Below, piece after piece: positions 49,381 to 63,536 of a stretch of DNA of 64,000 nt (positions are counted from its first letter, which is position 1; each line of letters begins with the position of its first letter). Origin of the DNA: Oopsacas minuta (lineage: Eukaryota > Animalia > Porifera); contig JAKMXF010000316.1 of the NCBI GenBank assembly GCA_024704765.1, forward strand, positions 62,001 through 126,000, in the 5' to 3' direction. The position numbers and the translations under genes are program-made. The notes under the pieces are model-generated. The model was not told where the DNA came from. It saw only the letters and a program-made list of their open reading frames with translations, and did not search any database.

Positions 49381-52300
49381 TCAAGAGTTCACAGAGGTTT
49401 CTTCATGATTGGATTTAACTCTCAAGCAAGGAATACCTTTTTTGAAAACGCAGAGGTCGCAGGCCCAACACGCTGTATCTTCTCCCTTAAGCAGTTCATA
49501 TGCTTCAGGATTCATACCTGTGCAACTACAATGATACCATATATCACAACCTAGAGAAAGAAAAAGAGTAGTTGAGTGAAAATAAATATAAATATGCAGG
49601 GTTTCATAAGGGAAAATGCCGGGCATGGAAATCTAAACTACATTGAAAGTCAACACATATTGGCCTAGAAAAATTGGCCAGTCAAGTATAATTGCCATCT
49701 CGCAAACTTTAGTATTAAGTCTTTGAAATAAATAGGATGGATTGTAACAATTTTCAATACAACCTTAAACTCGCGTGAAAACAGATCCTCTAATGTTACT
49801 ATTAGATTTTTTAATAAGGGGATAAAAACAGATGTGAAACAAAAATTTCAGCACTATAAATATTAGGGTCCAAATTATTACTGCGAACTAATTGCCGATT
49901 TACATTCCAGGAAAGATAGTTCTATATCAAATATAGCAGCAATTAAATGTCACTCCTGCCAAAATAGAAAATTCCTTTTCAGAATTCTCTCTATGTTGTT
50001 TGAGAATAAAATAACAATCCAACATGTTTCCATATTTCAGTTAGATCAATTATTGGGTCTTGAAACATTTGTGCAATAGGCTCTATCATGGAAAGATATT
50101 TGAACATCACCAGGGGTGGGGCTAGAGCCCCATGTCGGAGAACGCTAGCCCCCAGCCGTGGAAGGAATTGGAAGAAATTTAACAAGAATATGAATTCTAA
50201 AGTTATATATTTCTGTAAGGATATTCACCAGTATTTCCAACTTTCAACTTTTTACCATTGATGTGTTTGATAATGTACTTTCACTCAATCGCCAATACTG
50301 TCAGAGAACTACTATGCTACTGCAATTGAATAGCAAAGTTTCCTAAATGTAGAATCTCATTATAAGCGTAAAATAAATGTTAAGTGTGAATGGTTACCGT
50401 ATTTCCCCGAATAAGTGCCGGGGGCTTGATTAAGCGCCGGTTTGATTAAGCGCCGGGGGTTTCACATGCACGAAAAAAATAAGCGCCGGGGCGCTTATTC
50501 AGGGAAATACGGTATATATCTATCTCGTAAAACAGTGTAGTATTCTATGATTTATATCACATGCAGGATTATTTGAAATTATTGAATTTTATATTCCTAT
50601 GAATTTCCTTTCAACTTGTCCAAATTTCAAATCATGACGTGTATGACATGATTTGAAATATGTTCTAGATTGTATTTTAGAAATTGATGTAACAATAAAT
50701 CAACGGAAAAACCATATTCAAAATTTATGTTATGTATTGTTGGAAAGATTTTCAAAAATCATGGAAGGGTTTATCACCTTTTCACGTTTTGGAAAATATT
50801 ATGATGAATTTTGGATGGTAATCAGAATTCACTAGAAAATGTGTAAAAATGGAATAACTTCTATGAAGTCCGATCACTATGTTATTGTAGGTTTTCGTAA
50901 TCAGCTAAGTTGGATAATTCATAAATTATTGAATGATTCAAATAATACATAGTTCTTGATGTCAAAATGAATTATTGAAACATAATTTTTGTTTTTCCCG
51001 GATTACTAAAGATATGTTATGGATACAGCGCAGATAGGGTATAAAGCAAGGTTGCGACCGAATACTTCAATCTTCCGTTCTACCACATATTAATTTGCGA
51101 ATAGTTTAATTATAGGGTACCAACCAATTCAGTATCCGGTATTCGGTTGCCGAAACCGAATATTACTAGTATATATTCTAATGAGTATTCCTGAATATTT
51201 GGTTCGAGTGGTTTCAAGATAATGGGAGACCGGATTAACAGCAACAAAAACAGGCACCATTACAGTAATAGAATATATTGTGGTAGCAAAATCCTAGAGA
51301 AATCCAATAACAGAAAAAGTGAGATGTTGAATCAATATCTCACAGAAAACATAGAAAAGGTACGGGTATTATAATTCGAACATAATTTCAATGATTATTG
51401 AGGTGTATCAGGACATTGACAAAACATGTACCATCAGAGATGCAGCAGTCTAGAAATTTCATGGACAGTCATTGATTTTTTATCTGGAAGGTCCTGGCCG
51501 GTCCAGGGCGATAGGACGGACCTGAAACAGATCGCTCTGGTCCAATCCGGACGGCTGAATTTCTGTGTGGAATCTAGTCTCAAGTGTGAATAAGAATTGT
51601 GCGAATATTATGACAAATATTCAGTATTTTGTGCAGAAATGGTATTAAATCAGTTCGAATATCGACACTTTAATATAGATGTTGAATGTTCTACATGATT
51701 TCGTTGATGGAGGATTTTTGGTACACAAATTGGCGAATTACGAAAACAGATGACGTCAATTCGATGCTAACTTAACACAATTGTGGCTTTCGTGAATTGT
51801 TATATAGTATCAATACTACATTGATTAGGGTAAAATTGTACGTTTCCCATTATTACCAGGGATTATAGAATCGGCCATCAAAATATATACACATACTGTC
51901 TTGACACAAATAGGTGGGCAAGTGGACAACCTAGAATTTAAGAGCTCTAACAGATTTGACTCCAATCAAAGTAAAAAATACAGGGCGAGTGTACATGACG
52001 TCATCTTGGCCTACCCAGACTCATGAGCATATTTACGCCAGTGCTTCCTGTTTGGCCACTGGAATTCGATACATTGTTTCTTATCACGCGCCGCATCAAT
52101 TCCACAATTTTTCATATTCTCAGTGATTATTTAACAGTTTATCGAAAATTCCAAGCGAAACTATTCCTTGCTAAGATAAAACTTCAGGGTTCCAAATAAC
52201 TTTGGCCAACTACAATTCAGGAATTTACTTATGTAGTACCTCAACCGCATGATATGTATAGGGTATTCTGTATAGATACAGTGTTGAAAAGTATAGAATT

Positions 52301-52823
52301 TACATTCTAAAGAGAGGAATAATAGGAAACCTCACCGATTACGCCCGAAGAGTTACATTCGTAATAAAAAGGAACAATTAAATTTTACTAATACGTTTTT
52401 TCCAATTCCCGCACTCAAATCGAAATTTGACGTCATAAAATCACACCTTTACCCCGCCGAATTGGGTTAATTGAACAACATCAACAGAATGAATAGTACT
52501 AAAGCAATAATAAAATAGAAAATTATAAACAAGGCAAAAAAGATAAGTTACAAGTGGAAACAATTACCTGAATCACAAAGGATAGCCTCATCATTATCAT
52601 TAACAGGTTTCATACAGATTCCGCAGGGATAATCGCAATTCTCTAGATCAATATCACTTCTATATCGATCAGAAAAAGAAAACTTCGAACTGGAAGAAAC
52701 AATAGGATGTTTAAAATTCCGCAATAATTGTTGTCCTGAATGTTTCCTATTAATTTGCAACAACTTGCTCTGAGTTGAGGATAGCTTTCTGGACTTGTTA
52801 GGACGGAGTCTACCCTTGGGCAT
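49381..52823 (-). CDS. PYGO: Pygopus-like PHD-finger protein; exons 52568-52823 and 49381-49550, intron 49551-52567
   Basis: CAG|GTAATT donor and CTTTCTCTAG|GT acceptor join in frame to give YPCGICMKPVNDNDEAILCDSG-CDIWYHCSCTGMNPEAYELLKGEDTACWACDLC, matching the pygopus PHD pattern. Confidence 0.85.
50397..50512. mobile_element. MITE inside the pygopus-like intron
   Basis: TA|CCGTATTTCCC(C/T)GAATAAG TIRs; internal TAAGCGCCGG repeats. Confidence 0.85.
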
Positions 52824-54129
52824 TGTGAGGTCAATCCGACAAGATCAATATCTAGAATAACTTTAGCAAACAGTTGAAGGCAAAAGAACAGTTATGGCCG
52901 TTTATTAAAACCCAATTCGTCGGAAAGAGAATAATTAGAACTACAGTTCTGTCTATTCCACCAAAGAATACAAAGATTAAGTTTCGAGCTAAGAAAATCT
53001 TAGGTAGATATTTAAAAATTACAACCCAGAGATATGAAGGGGTAAATATACAAGTAAATGGTCACTTTCTGAAAATTTCACCCCTTGAATGCATTATTAA
53101 ATATAATTTTATACTTTGAGATTTCATATTCACTGATAATATTGCATTTTACAGGGCTTTACAGCATGCCCAACTGGCGGACTGAATTCGGATCCGAACT
53201 TTTCTTAGATCTTATTGGGACAGCAAACTTGTGCAAGAAATAATCTGATCTAGGGTAATAGATTTCTTAAGTTCAACCACAGCCTAACTTCAACAATAGT
53301 ACACTATACATAAGGCCTGTTGCATAATATATTGAAGTACTGTATTATAGTAGTCCATAAATATTCAACATCTATAAATTTTAAGGCAACTAGAATCCTT
53401 AGAAATTCTATCATCAAAGTTAGTTCGAGTTAGACCCTGTGATGAATAATCTCACTTATAAATATATATATATTAGATGACATAAATATAATTCAAATCT
53501 GATAGTTTCTAGAATATTTCCTTTCCAAAATGATGTTCATCCATTTTCTATCATAAATTCTAACAACTTTCGATCATAGATAATAGGTTATATCTCTTAT
53601 GGAAGCCAAACAATAAGAAAATATTATAAGTTTCTCGAAATGGTCCGTTCCATCAAAATATCTACATCAAAGGCCAGATGGAACTTTAATCGAAGAGCAA
53701 TGAGTTTCTGGTTCAATTCGGAGAAAATGTACAAGGTAAATTATTCAAAATCTCGACCTTTACTACACTAGTTATTAGGCTGCTACGAAATAAGATTTTT
53801 CAAAATTGTACGAAAATGATATTAAAATTTGTGTTTATTCTTTCGATCGAACTAAGTAGCGTTTTCTTTCGAGGTTAAGTCATTGAAACAAATACATCGT
53901 TTCTAGAGAGTGAAGATTGATGGTACCATTTCTCAAGTCAAGATAACTAAGAGAGTGTAACTCCTATACTTGATAGGTTCACGGCCAGGTTGGCCACCCT
54001 GGAATAAATGCTGCCTCTAACCATTCAAAAATATTACTTTAGGAGGGAATGAATGTGGAAATCAACTAATTTGTGAGCATAATTTATTAAGCAATTCGTA
54101 CCTTAGATTATTCATCACATACGAATCAC

Positions 54130-54630
54130 AATTTTCACTTAAAGGAGAAAACATGTGATGTATGCCAGCAGGCTGATTCATTGCCACTACAGCCACAGAA
54201 GAAGCTGCAGCATATTCCATCTCCTGACCATCTTTGGATCCATATAGGCATGGACCTTATTTGTGACCTTCCTACCACTTGGAGGATATAAACATATCTT
54301 AGTAACAGTGTGTTATCTAAGCAGATTTGTTTTGGCAAGGCCCCTGAGGACGAAGACATCAGTGGATGTTATATCGGCACTCCAAGTATATACCTCAAAG
54401 TTGGAGTACTGAAAATCACCCCATACAATCAAGGAAAAGAATTTACCAGGGATGTAAGGAGGTGGTGGTGGAAATTATCGCTAACTTCCATTGCATATTT
54501 TGAGTGTTTCTTTCTAGATATTTCAGGAGTTGAATCACGAACAGGGATCAATAACAGGAGTACCCGAACCTACCATCCAATGGCTATGGTTTAGTTGAAG
54601 CACATAATAAGATTCTTAAGATATATCTTC
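54130..54630 (+). pseudogene. Decayed Gypsy-type integrase with intron (Ginger-like)
   Basis: CDVCQ, WIHIGMDL, CYLSRF..RPLRTKTS, NQGKEFTRD, then intron 54454-54517 (GTAAGG..TTTCTAG), then IFQELN..YHP..GLVE. Confidence 0.75.
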
Positions 54631-55629
54631 CCCATATTGGCAAAATCCTTGGATTCGTAGCTTGGCTAATAATATAATTCATTATTCTGCTGTCCTCATG
54701 TCAATCGTTTTTGCGAAGATTGTCAAATACATTGCCTGATGCCGTTTAAACAACACAATTAGGTATATATGCGACCTCTTTTGTCCATATATCGATATAA
54801 TCATCAGATCCCACATCATTTATGTGTTCATCTGTAAGCTCAACATCCTCCACAGTGAAATAATCTTGTGTATCAAAATAGTCTCCTAAAAATTCCTAAG
54901 TGCTTTCCCCTTATATGCTGCGCTATCAGAACCTATTCTTTCGATTTATTCAATATTCCACACTAATTTGACATAATGATTATAAACTGTGCGATGTTCT
55001 TCCCAGTGTTACTGCCTTTGAATACTTAAATAGCTAATAGGCCAGCTCTCAATTCCATTCTCTCATAAGTAATTAACTACCACACCCACCATACTCAGAA
55101 GGACGGATCGAGAAAAGTATACATCGTCGCTTCAACTTCCACTTAAGGCAAAAGTTGCCTTTACTTTTTTCTAGGAAAATGAGATAAAAATTTGAAAATA
55201 TTTCGAGTTGACCCTTGCGGTTCTATATTTTTACTGGGTCACTTTTGCAAACTTGACTTTAAATTGTCCGAATTTTCTAATTCCTTGACTTAGCCGGGTG
55301 TAGTGCTCAAATTTCTAGTTGGGAGCGCATATAAAAGAATTTATTGTGTAAAAATTGTTAAAACAAGAATATTTTGTATAACGAAACATGTTATAATCAG
55401 GGACGTCACAGCAGGGAGGCATAGGTGGGCAAGGGCCCCCTGGTAATTTCGTGCCCTTGGGATGCCACCGGACCCCTTGGCTTAAATTGCAAACTGGAAA
55501 TTTGGCTCTCTTCACTCGCATCTTACCCTCAATATTGTTTTAATCTCACTAAGAAATATGGCACATAGCATGTATTGATTTACCAAACTAGTTAATATTT
55601 ATCGAGTTTTCTACCCTGAGCAAATGCAG

Positions 55630-56860
55630 TGTTTCCCCAGGCCGTTTTGGCGCATTTTGCACAATAGGGAAATGAATTAACACTTGGGACATTCAATATG
55701 TTCCAGACCCATTACTTTAAAATAATAGATAAGAACATAATTAAAATTTATTATTTCATGCAATGCTCTAAATATTCGCAATTGTGCGAGACACATAGTT
55801 TTAACCTCTCCATACACATGAGAAATGTTTTTTGAACTCTTCTGCGGGTATGTCTTTAAGGGTTCTATGAAGCTCATATCTGAGTACAAGTCTTGTGTCA
55901 AAAACCTCTGCCAAATGCTTTTTGACCACAGTAAAGCAAGCAACTACATGGCGATATCTCAGTGCTATAAGGAGGATGGGGCAACTCAACCATTCCCATT
56001 TCACTCAGTATTTCACCAACAATCTTAGATTTGTGAGGTCTGGTATTATCGGCAATATTCGGATCCCGTTGGCCTCACGACTTGATCTCTTTGAATAGTA
56101 ATGATTCTCTACCTCCGTTAAACATTCCTCTGCGTAAAATTGTCTGGTCATTGTACGCTTCTTTGGGACACAAATTGAAGCTACTATACATGAGCATCAA
56201 AGAATATACAGTATAGAACCTTCATTGCACGGAAGCCCGGTCTGGGATTAGTGATGGGGTAGCACCTTTGTGGGTCACGATTTGCTCTGTTATTTTCTCA
56301 GAGGCTCCGCATGTTTAATCCAGTTCTCATACCAGTGCAGGCCTCAGCTAGCCTGCGATAGTCAGCATACTGATATAATTTCAATAATTCCTTCGCACAA
56401 GAGAGGCGTGCACTTTTTTGATTCTCTGTGAGAACATGCGGCGTCCATCTGGAAGAAATATTTCTATATTCAAGATCGTTGATCTAAATGTCATCAACAC
56501 TTCAGGGATAGTTGAGTAGGGATCGTCAACTACAATATTCTTGCTCATATCGATGGTATGTGGCGTGATAACCGAAATAGAGCGTCCCGATTTAGCCGCA
56601 TTTCCAGGCTCTCCCTACCGTCCCTAAATCTCTTGGCCCATTCTTCCACACATGAATACGAAAGAGCATCATCCGGATATACATTCAACATTGTTTCATA
56701 TATACCAATCGGTGTTTCATCAAGCCTTGAACAGAACTTTATTACCGCTCTTTATTCAAATTGAAGTCTGGAGAAGCCATATTACTGGGACTTTCAATAA
56801 GTCTTGCAGGAGATATCATAGAACAGGGTACAAACACTATACACGCTAATTCACTACATT
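55630..56860 (-). pseudogene. Decayed mariner element
   Basis: Minus strand: IKFCSRLDETPIGIYETMLNVYPDDALSYSCVEEWAKRFRDGRESLE and later mariner fragments. Ends are approximate. Confidence 0.7.
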
Positions 56861-56869
56861 ACTTTTCAA

Positions 56870-57974
56870 AGCAATCCACTCCTGCAGATACACAAAGTTT
56901 TAAACTTTACACCCAATTTTAAAATACATTTCAGTACTCTTCTTCGAGATGGATTAAAAGGACTGGTACAGGCCTGTTCCGAGTGCTTGTAATGTGTTAT
57001 AATCTTTGCCTTTAAGGAAGATTTTAAGCTTGAGGATAGCCAAAAATCAGAAGAGCTAAGTCTGGTGTACATAGTGGATGGGGAAGTAATTCTAACACTT
57101 CTACATCCAAGAAATTATTGGTTAGCTTAGTTGTATGGGAACTAGCGTCATCAATTAAAATCTTCCTTCCTCTAAATCCGGTTTCCGAGCTGTACTGTTC
57201 TATATTATTTATCAGGTTTAGAAGCACTTGCTCTGTAAAAAAGTAGCAGTACCAGCTTTGCCACACTTACAAGGTTATTGCAAGACAATTACATGACTAT
57301 TGAAGAAGATGGTATATATAATCTTGGGTTTAGGAAGTCGGACCTAGGAATATTAGTTGGTGGTTTGTCGCCCTTCACCGATGATCGCTTCTTATACTTA
57401 CTATATGCAGGACCCATTTACCACTAATCGTTCGGTAGCCAAGTTCAGTCGTCAGAATTGTAAGAATAGTTCCTGATGACATATCCATACTTTAATCTAA
57501 CTGATTGACAATAATGCACTTGTCTTCCATGACCGTACTTTCAATGAGTGCGATATTCTCTGAAGTGGTGGCGGGTACCGGGCTTCCAGATCGAGGCAAC
57601 TCTGTGACTTCAGCATCACCAGACCCAAAAAGGGCAGCCCCATCACTCTATAGTAGATCTGAAGTGCTATCCACACACAATATCTCCTGTAACTCGCTGA
57701 AGTTCTGTACCGAATGGATCTTGAGTTTGTGCGAAACTCTATGTTAGCCCGCCATTTGAGGTTGAAATTATCATCCTTTGAAGCCATAAATTGAACTGTA
57801 GGTATGAATTCTCAACGCGTAATTATCTCGAGAATCATAATTTGTATTGAATAAACTTGGAACTTCAGTATTTGGAGTTTATCTATATTGGCTTATTATG
57901 TATGAGGGTTAGATATGTTATTTGACTAATCCCTGAGATATAACATGACCTGCAAGGCTAATTGAACACCCTGG
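56870..57974 (-). pseudogene. Decayed mariner element
   Basis: TA|CCAGGGTGTTCAATTAGCC end at 57974; N-terminal RANIEFRT piece at 57497-57787; C-terminal LPHP..TPDLA..GVDCFEK piece at 56870-57270. Confidence 0.65.
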
Positions 57975-58028
57975 TATCAAAAAGGCTATAGAATATCATA
58001 TGCAAGACTTTGTGATATTTACATATTA

Positions 58029-59349
58029 CACCGTGCGTTCAAAAAGTTCCCGACCTTGGTCATAGAATATAAAGCTATAAGATAGTATATTACTTATCTG
58101 TATTCATAATGAAACTTATTATTATCTATTAGAACTACTTTAACTTTTATCATATCGTCAATAGTTTTTAAGTTACGATTATTTCAAATTTCTCAGTTTT
58201 ACTATCCTTGTTTTGCCAGTATTAATAGCGTAAATTTGAAATATGAGCAAAGATCCTATATCAAAATTCGCACGCTTCTTGGTATTAGCCCGAAGGATAT
58301 TCTCATTACTTCGAAGTCGTTTATGGAGATGCTAGTCTTTCATATGCTACTGTGAAGGAGTGGACCAAGCGGTTTGATGGAGGACTAGAGTCAATGGAAG
58401 ATGAGGAACGAATCGGGCGTCCCAGATCCGCAGTCATTAGCAGTAACACCTCTGAAATTCGCTGGAGAGTGGAAGAAGATCCTCATATCGCTGTTGAGGA
58501 GTTAGCTATGAGTGTAAGGGAGCGGGAGCTGTTCATCCATACTTATGGATGAGCTGAAAGTTAACAAAATTTGTTCGAAGTAGATCCCACATTCCCTTAC
58601 AAAGGACCAAAAGGACCGTCGGGTAACTTGTGCAAGAAAAATGCTCTCCGAGTATAAATACTCCGATCCAAGAATGCTGGTAGAAATCATTACTGGTGAC
58701 GAGACTTGGACAAGATACGACGAGCCACTATCCAAAGAAAGAATTAAGATATGGGTCGTAAAAGGTGAGGCGTCTCCTCTCAATCTTAGGTCGGACTTCA
58801 AAGATCAGAAGGTCCTGTACTCAATTTTCTTTGATGCACATGGTTAGTTGCTCAGATAATAATACTAAAAGGGAAACAATTACCAGTGACTTTTATGCCA
58901 ACAGCTGCCACTCAGAAGTAGAAAAACATTATTGCGAGGGGAGGCAGAAGTCTGGACCACGGGCATGCGATTATTGCACGATAATGCACGGCCACATATA
59001 ACTAAGCTCGTAAAGTCAGCGTTGGATAGAATGAGAGTTGTTGAGCTAGATCGCCCACCCTACTCACCTGACCTAGCTCCTTGTGATTTCTGGCTCTTTG
59101 CAAAGTTGAAAAAGGACCTTTCAGGCAACCATTTTGATACCAGAATCGACCTGTGGAACGAAATTTGGTGATCCCTAAAAGACATCCCGCTCGGAGAATA
59201 TCCAAATGTATTTTTCAATGGCTAGATAGTTTACAACGAGGAATAGACGTTAGTGGTGATTATTTCGAGAAATTTTACGAATTGTCCATGCAATTCTGTA
59301 TAGTTACAAAATTTTGTGATAGACTCGGGAACTTTTGGGACGCCCGTTG
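58029..59349 (+). mobile_element. Mariner (DD34D-type) element, full length, disrupted
   Basis: TA-flanked TIRs CA.CG.GCGT.C.AAAAGTTCCCGA; ITGDETW, LLHDNARPH, YSPDLAPCDFWLF. Confidence 0.92.
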
Positions 59350-60740
59350 TACTAGTCCGAATTGAATAATTTTATCTGTGTTTCCTTGATAAATGTAGTG
59401 GGTAAATATGAATATACACGAATTTGATCATAAATTAATAATTGTGCAATCATGATGTAGAGCGTGGAACATATTGAAAGCCCTAAGTACAAAATCTCCA
59501 CTTTAGAGTTGAAGCTACGTTGCTAATACACGAATATTGCGATTAACGTTACAAATGGTTTCAAAGATGGAACATGTAATAATACATATTTGCCAATTAC
59601 TTAAATAGATGGCGTAATTTCGATCTGTAGATCTTTACAAATGTGGCTTTTGTGAATTCTTGCATGTCAGTAATACATTTATTTGGGTGAACTGTACCAG
59701 TTTCTTATTATCCACTATTATCGAATTTCCCATAAAAATAATTCCACTTCCTTTTATCTCTCGTCCAGTGAAATTGACTCAGTGATCAGGCCTTCTTTAG
59801 CAGGCTATGCTTAATTACATGTCTATTTTACGTTTAATCATGATTATTACTCATGTTAATTACCGATATGATTAGATTAATTCATATGTATGTATTCTTT
59901 GCTTTTTTTACTTGTACGTCTTATGGTTGGTACTATTAAAATTTACGCTCTTGTATTAATTCTTCATACGACATATAAAGTTATTTCTATTTGGGAAGGA
60001 GATGTGATGGGAGTAAGAATATAAATGGGATCAAGGGTTTTGCATATCTGTTAATCTAAAGAGCCAATCACAATTGAGTACAAAATGTGTTTCTAAGTTC
60101 TGTGGACGATTTTTAAATTTTGCATTTTGCATATTAACTTATTCCAATTTAGTTGTATTATATTTCTAGACGGCTCCAGGGTGTTTTCGAAGTAAAGCGT
60201 GCCATCGTGGTAGAACCCGAAGATACCGTTTGCTATCTTAAAATCTGGTTACTCTAAGAATGCCCTTGTGGACTTTCAGATTATCGAAAATTCAGGACGG
60301 AGGGATGAATCGGACTTGATTTTATATGACTGGTAGCGCACCATCTTCCTCAATTCGTTAAAGGCCTCCCAATCTTTCGCCTAATTCATCTGACATTCTC
60401 CCTCAGCGACCTGGAAGCACTTCACAAACTACTAGTAACAATCTGAATATGCTTGATAGCAGTATATCGGGGCAGCAACTAAAAGTTGAGGATCTGAGCA
60501 CAATCGAAAATTCTTACAGACAGTAAATGCGCAAACTCTAACAAAGCTCTATAATAACAATCCACTAGTCACAGATCTATCAATATTTCATGTTTGTTAT
60601 TCAATTATATACTATATTTGCGTTCATTTCCATGTTTATTTTACTGAACTTTTGTCATTTGTTGTTTAGATCATCTTACGTAACGAGTTCCTTCCCCTCC
60701 TTGGTCTCCAGAATATTGTCCTAAGTGCAGCTAACTTACA

Positions 60741-63536
60741 CAGGCCCCTGGACAGGATTTATGGCCCCCACAACCAACTTTCAACTCGGGCCCCACTTAG
60801 GCGTAAAATGCATGTAGCGACAATGCCTAATTTGTACATAATACACACAAAATAATTAGATTCAAAATAATTGATATTAGATATACTATGATTATGTATC
60901 TCATATTATTTAAATTATCGTTAATCTAAAATATTTATATTTTTATTAGATTCTTTTTTTCTTTGGCTGTTTTACCTGACTTGCACGTTAGAGAGGCATC
61001 CTACAAGCTATCTCTGAGGCAAATGTATCAATTACATCGTCATAGTTGACTTTGCGAGGTAAATCATTTCAATAATAAGGATTGCCAAGCTGATAAGTCG
61101 TTCTTGGCTCCTGGTTGAACTAAGATAGTTTTTTTCAGACTTGAGTTTACTGAAAGATCGTTCACTTGAGGCCCCAGTGATGGGAAGTGTTAAAATTTCG
61201 AATAGTGATGGAGACATTGAGAAATAATGATTCTATTGAGTGTACTAATGGAGCGAGACTGACACTTCAAGAGTTGGATTCGTGAATGGACTTTAGGCTT
61301 CGAATTTCTTCCGATAGTTCTTCTGCTGAAACATCTGGATATTTATGAGAGAATAATTTCCAGTTTTCTTTTCTAGCTGCCTCTGTTCGCAAAGTGAAAG
61401 TCCATATGAAACCAAAAAGAGAGTTAATTTTAAATACTGCCGTGAATCTATTCTTCCTACCTTCATTCACCGAATTTAGTACTTTCATTAAAACTTTTCT
61501 TTAATTGAAGTCTTAATTCTTTTTAATTCTCTTGTTGCTTTCTTTTTCTGGAGTGGCACCCATGGATTTGGTAATATCCTCTGCCTTTGTAAGTATGTCT
61601 GGCCATTGTGTTTCCATCATTTACATCCTTAACGAGACTTTGAAGATTGTTAACCTCCACATCTATGAATGCATTTGCGCTTGTTGGAGGTTATTACGCT
61701 AATAAATTCGTTCAAGAAGTCTGATTCAAATGGAGGCCATGAGATGACATTCGAATGATTTGAGATACTTGATCATGATCAAGTTTGTTTTGATTATATC
61801 TTTCATTTTTATGGATTTACACGACTCTAGGCTTGTTATAATGCCTGGCGGATTCTTTTTGAGATGACGAATGGCTTTTACCTTTGATGTCCAACATGTA
61901 GATGAGAGACCATGAATATAATTCCCAGTGTTGAACTTGAGAATTTTCCAGCGTTTTGCACTGTGTCAAAATAGTTATGGCTTCTGTGCAGTATGCTGCG
62001 GCGTCATTTCCACAGAATTCACATAATTGATTGCACAAGGGGAATATAGAATGAGTGGATTTTGTTGGAATATTCTAGATTGAACTCCTTTGTATCCACC
62101 ACTCATGGCTGCTGCATTATCATACCCTTGCCCGCGGCAGTCTTCTAAGGAACATTTACTTTTTCAAGAAAATTGAACCTCATGTTTGCTATCTCTCCTC
62201 CAGTCTCTCCGTTATTTTGTATGAATGTATAAAATCGTCCTTCAATACAGTAATTATCAGTAATCCGCTTGATATTCCGAAAATGAAGGTCTCTTCTTCT
62301 AAACAAGACAATACCGAAGTTGCATCAACTATTATTTAGTAGTATTTGGTCAATTCTCTTTCATGAAGAACTGATTTTCTCACTTTTCACTACAAAGTTC
62401 AATGAATTCATTTTGAGAGTCGTTGGATAAATAATGAGAGCTTGGAGACATTTCCCTGGACCGAGATTTTCTAGCATGTCTAACATGTTCTTTCAGGGTG
62501 CTGCCATAATGAGAGAGAGAATTTCTAGAATTCCAAGAAAGTTTCCATTTGAAGGATCTCCGATAAGGTTTGAATTCCCCTGAAGGGCAAGACCTCTCTG
62601 TCTAAGGAATAAAACAACATCTAAAATTCTTTTGATCAGATCTCACCATTTCTATTTCTGTATATGAAGATCTTGGAATATTTGGTTGTCAATCCCAGTG
62701 CAAGTTTTGAGATGCATAGCCAGCTGTTTCCACAGAAGGTAGCATGCGTTATTGGGCTAATCGGTTTCATGTGACTTCACTTTGCTGTAAAGTCTATACC
62801 AGCCAATATCTTTCCAGACCCTGGTGGTGTGGTCAATGCTGGTAAAGTCGGAGGAAAATTGTTTTTGTGAATAAACAGTCTACAGAGAAAACAGAAGTCA
62901 GATTTTATGATTTCTTTAAATCAGTAAGTCCCTATTTCTTACTTCACAATTTGATAGTTTGGAGAAAGGAAAATGTTTTTTTGAATCATCGTCGTCTATT
63001 TTCAAAGGGAATGATAGATGACCAGCTTTTGACTAAGGATTCAATTAAGGACAGGTACTACTTAAATATTTTTGATGAGTGCCGTTGTCAGCACAAGAAG
63101 AAGTACTGGTTGGTAGACTTCCGTCGCTTATTTCCACTTCACTGACTTACCTTAAATCTTGAATTTTAATTAGTCAAAGACGAATTCATCAACTTGTCCT
63201 GTATCATACATCTACATTGGTAGGCGTCGACGTTCTAAGGTGTGTTCAAGACCTCCGTGCTCTTGTTCTTGTGCATCTACAATTGAGACACATGTAGTAT
63301 TCGAGTACGAGGAAGAAAAAAATGTAGTGCTCGAAGCGTCAATTCTTTGTTTTTTACAGAAATTGCAAGTGACTTGATCTTTCATATGGCCTTTGTCTTT
63401 TTGGTCTCTCTCCTTCCTCTTTGTCGCGCCACTTTTGTGTGAGTATTGTTGACTCATGTTAAAAATTGCTAGGATTTCTGATTAACAGCCCAGGTAAGGT
63501 GTAAAGGGTTAACAGTTTTACCTGGCCCGGGCCCTG
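60741..63536 (-). mobile_element. Decayed hAT element (ZMYM1-like transposase)
   Basis: RGLALQG, IIVDAT, GKGYDNAA..SG and the dimerisation motif LPITGASSERSFSKLK. Candidate TIRs match 13/16 but there is no TSD, so the ends are uncertain. Confidence 0.7.

Noticed and set aside
49381-52823. PHD finger as a RAG2-like partner for the RAG1-like elements
   Set aside because: The sequence follows the pygopus pattern, has no kelch repeats, and lies more than 20 kb outside any RAG1-like ends.
51000-53420. Several short GC-rich or palindromic patches (51050-51200, 51490-51570, 52320-52470, 53150-53440)
   Set aside because: Probably MITE debris, but I could not establish paired ends and TSDs.
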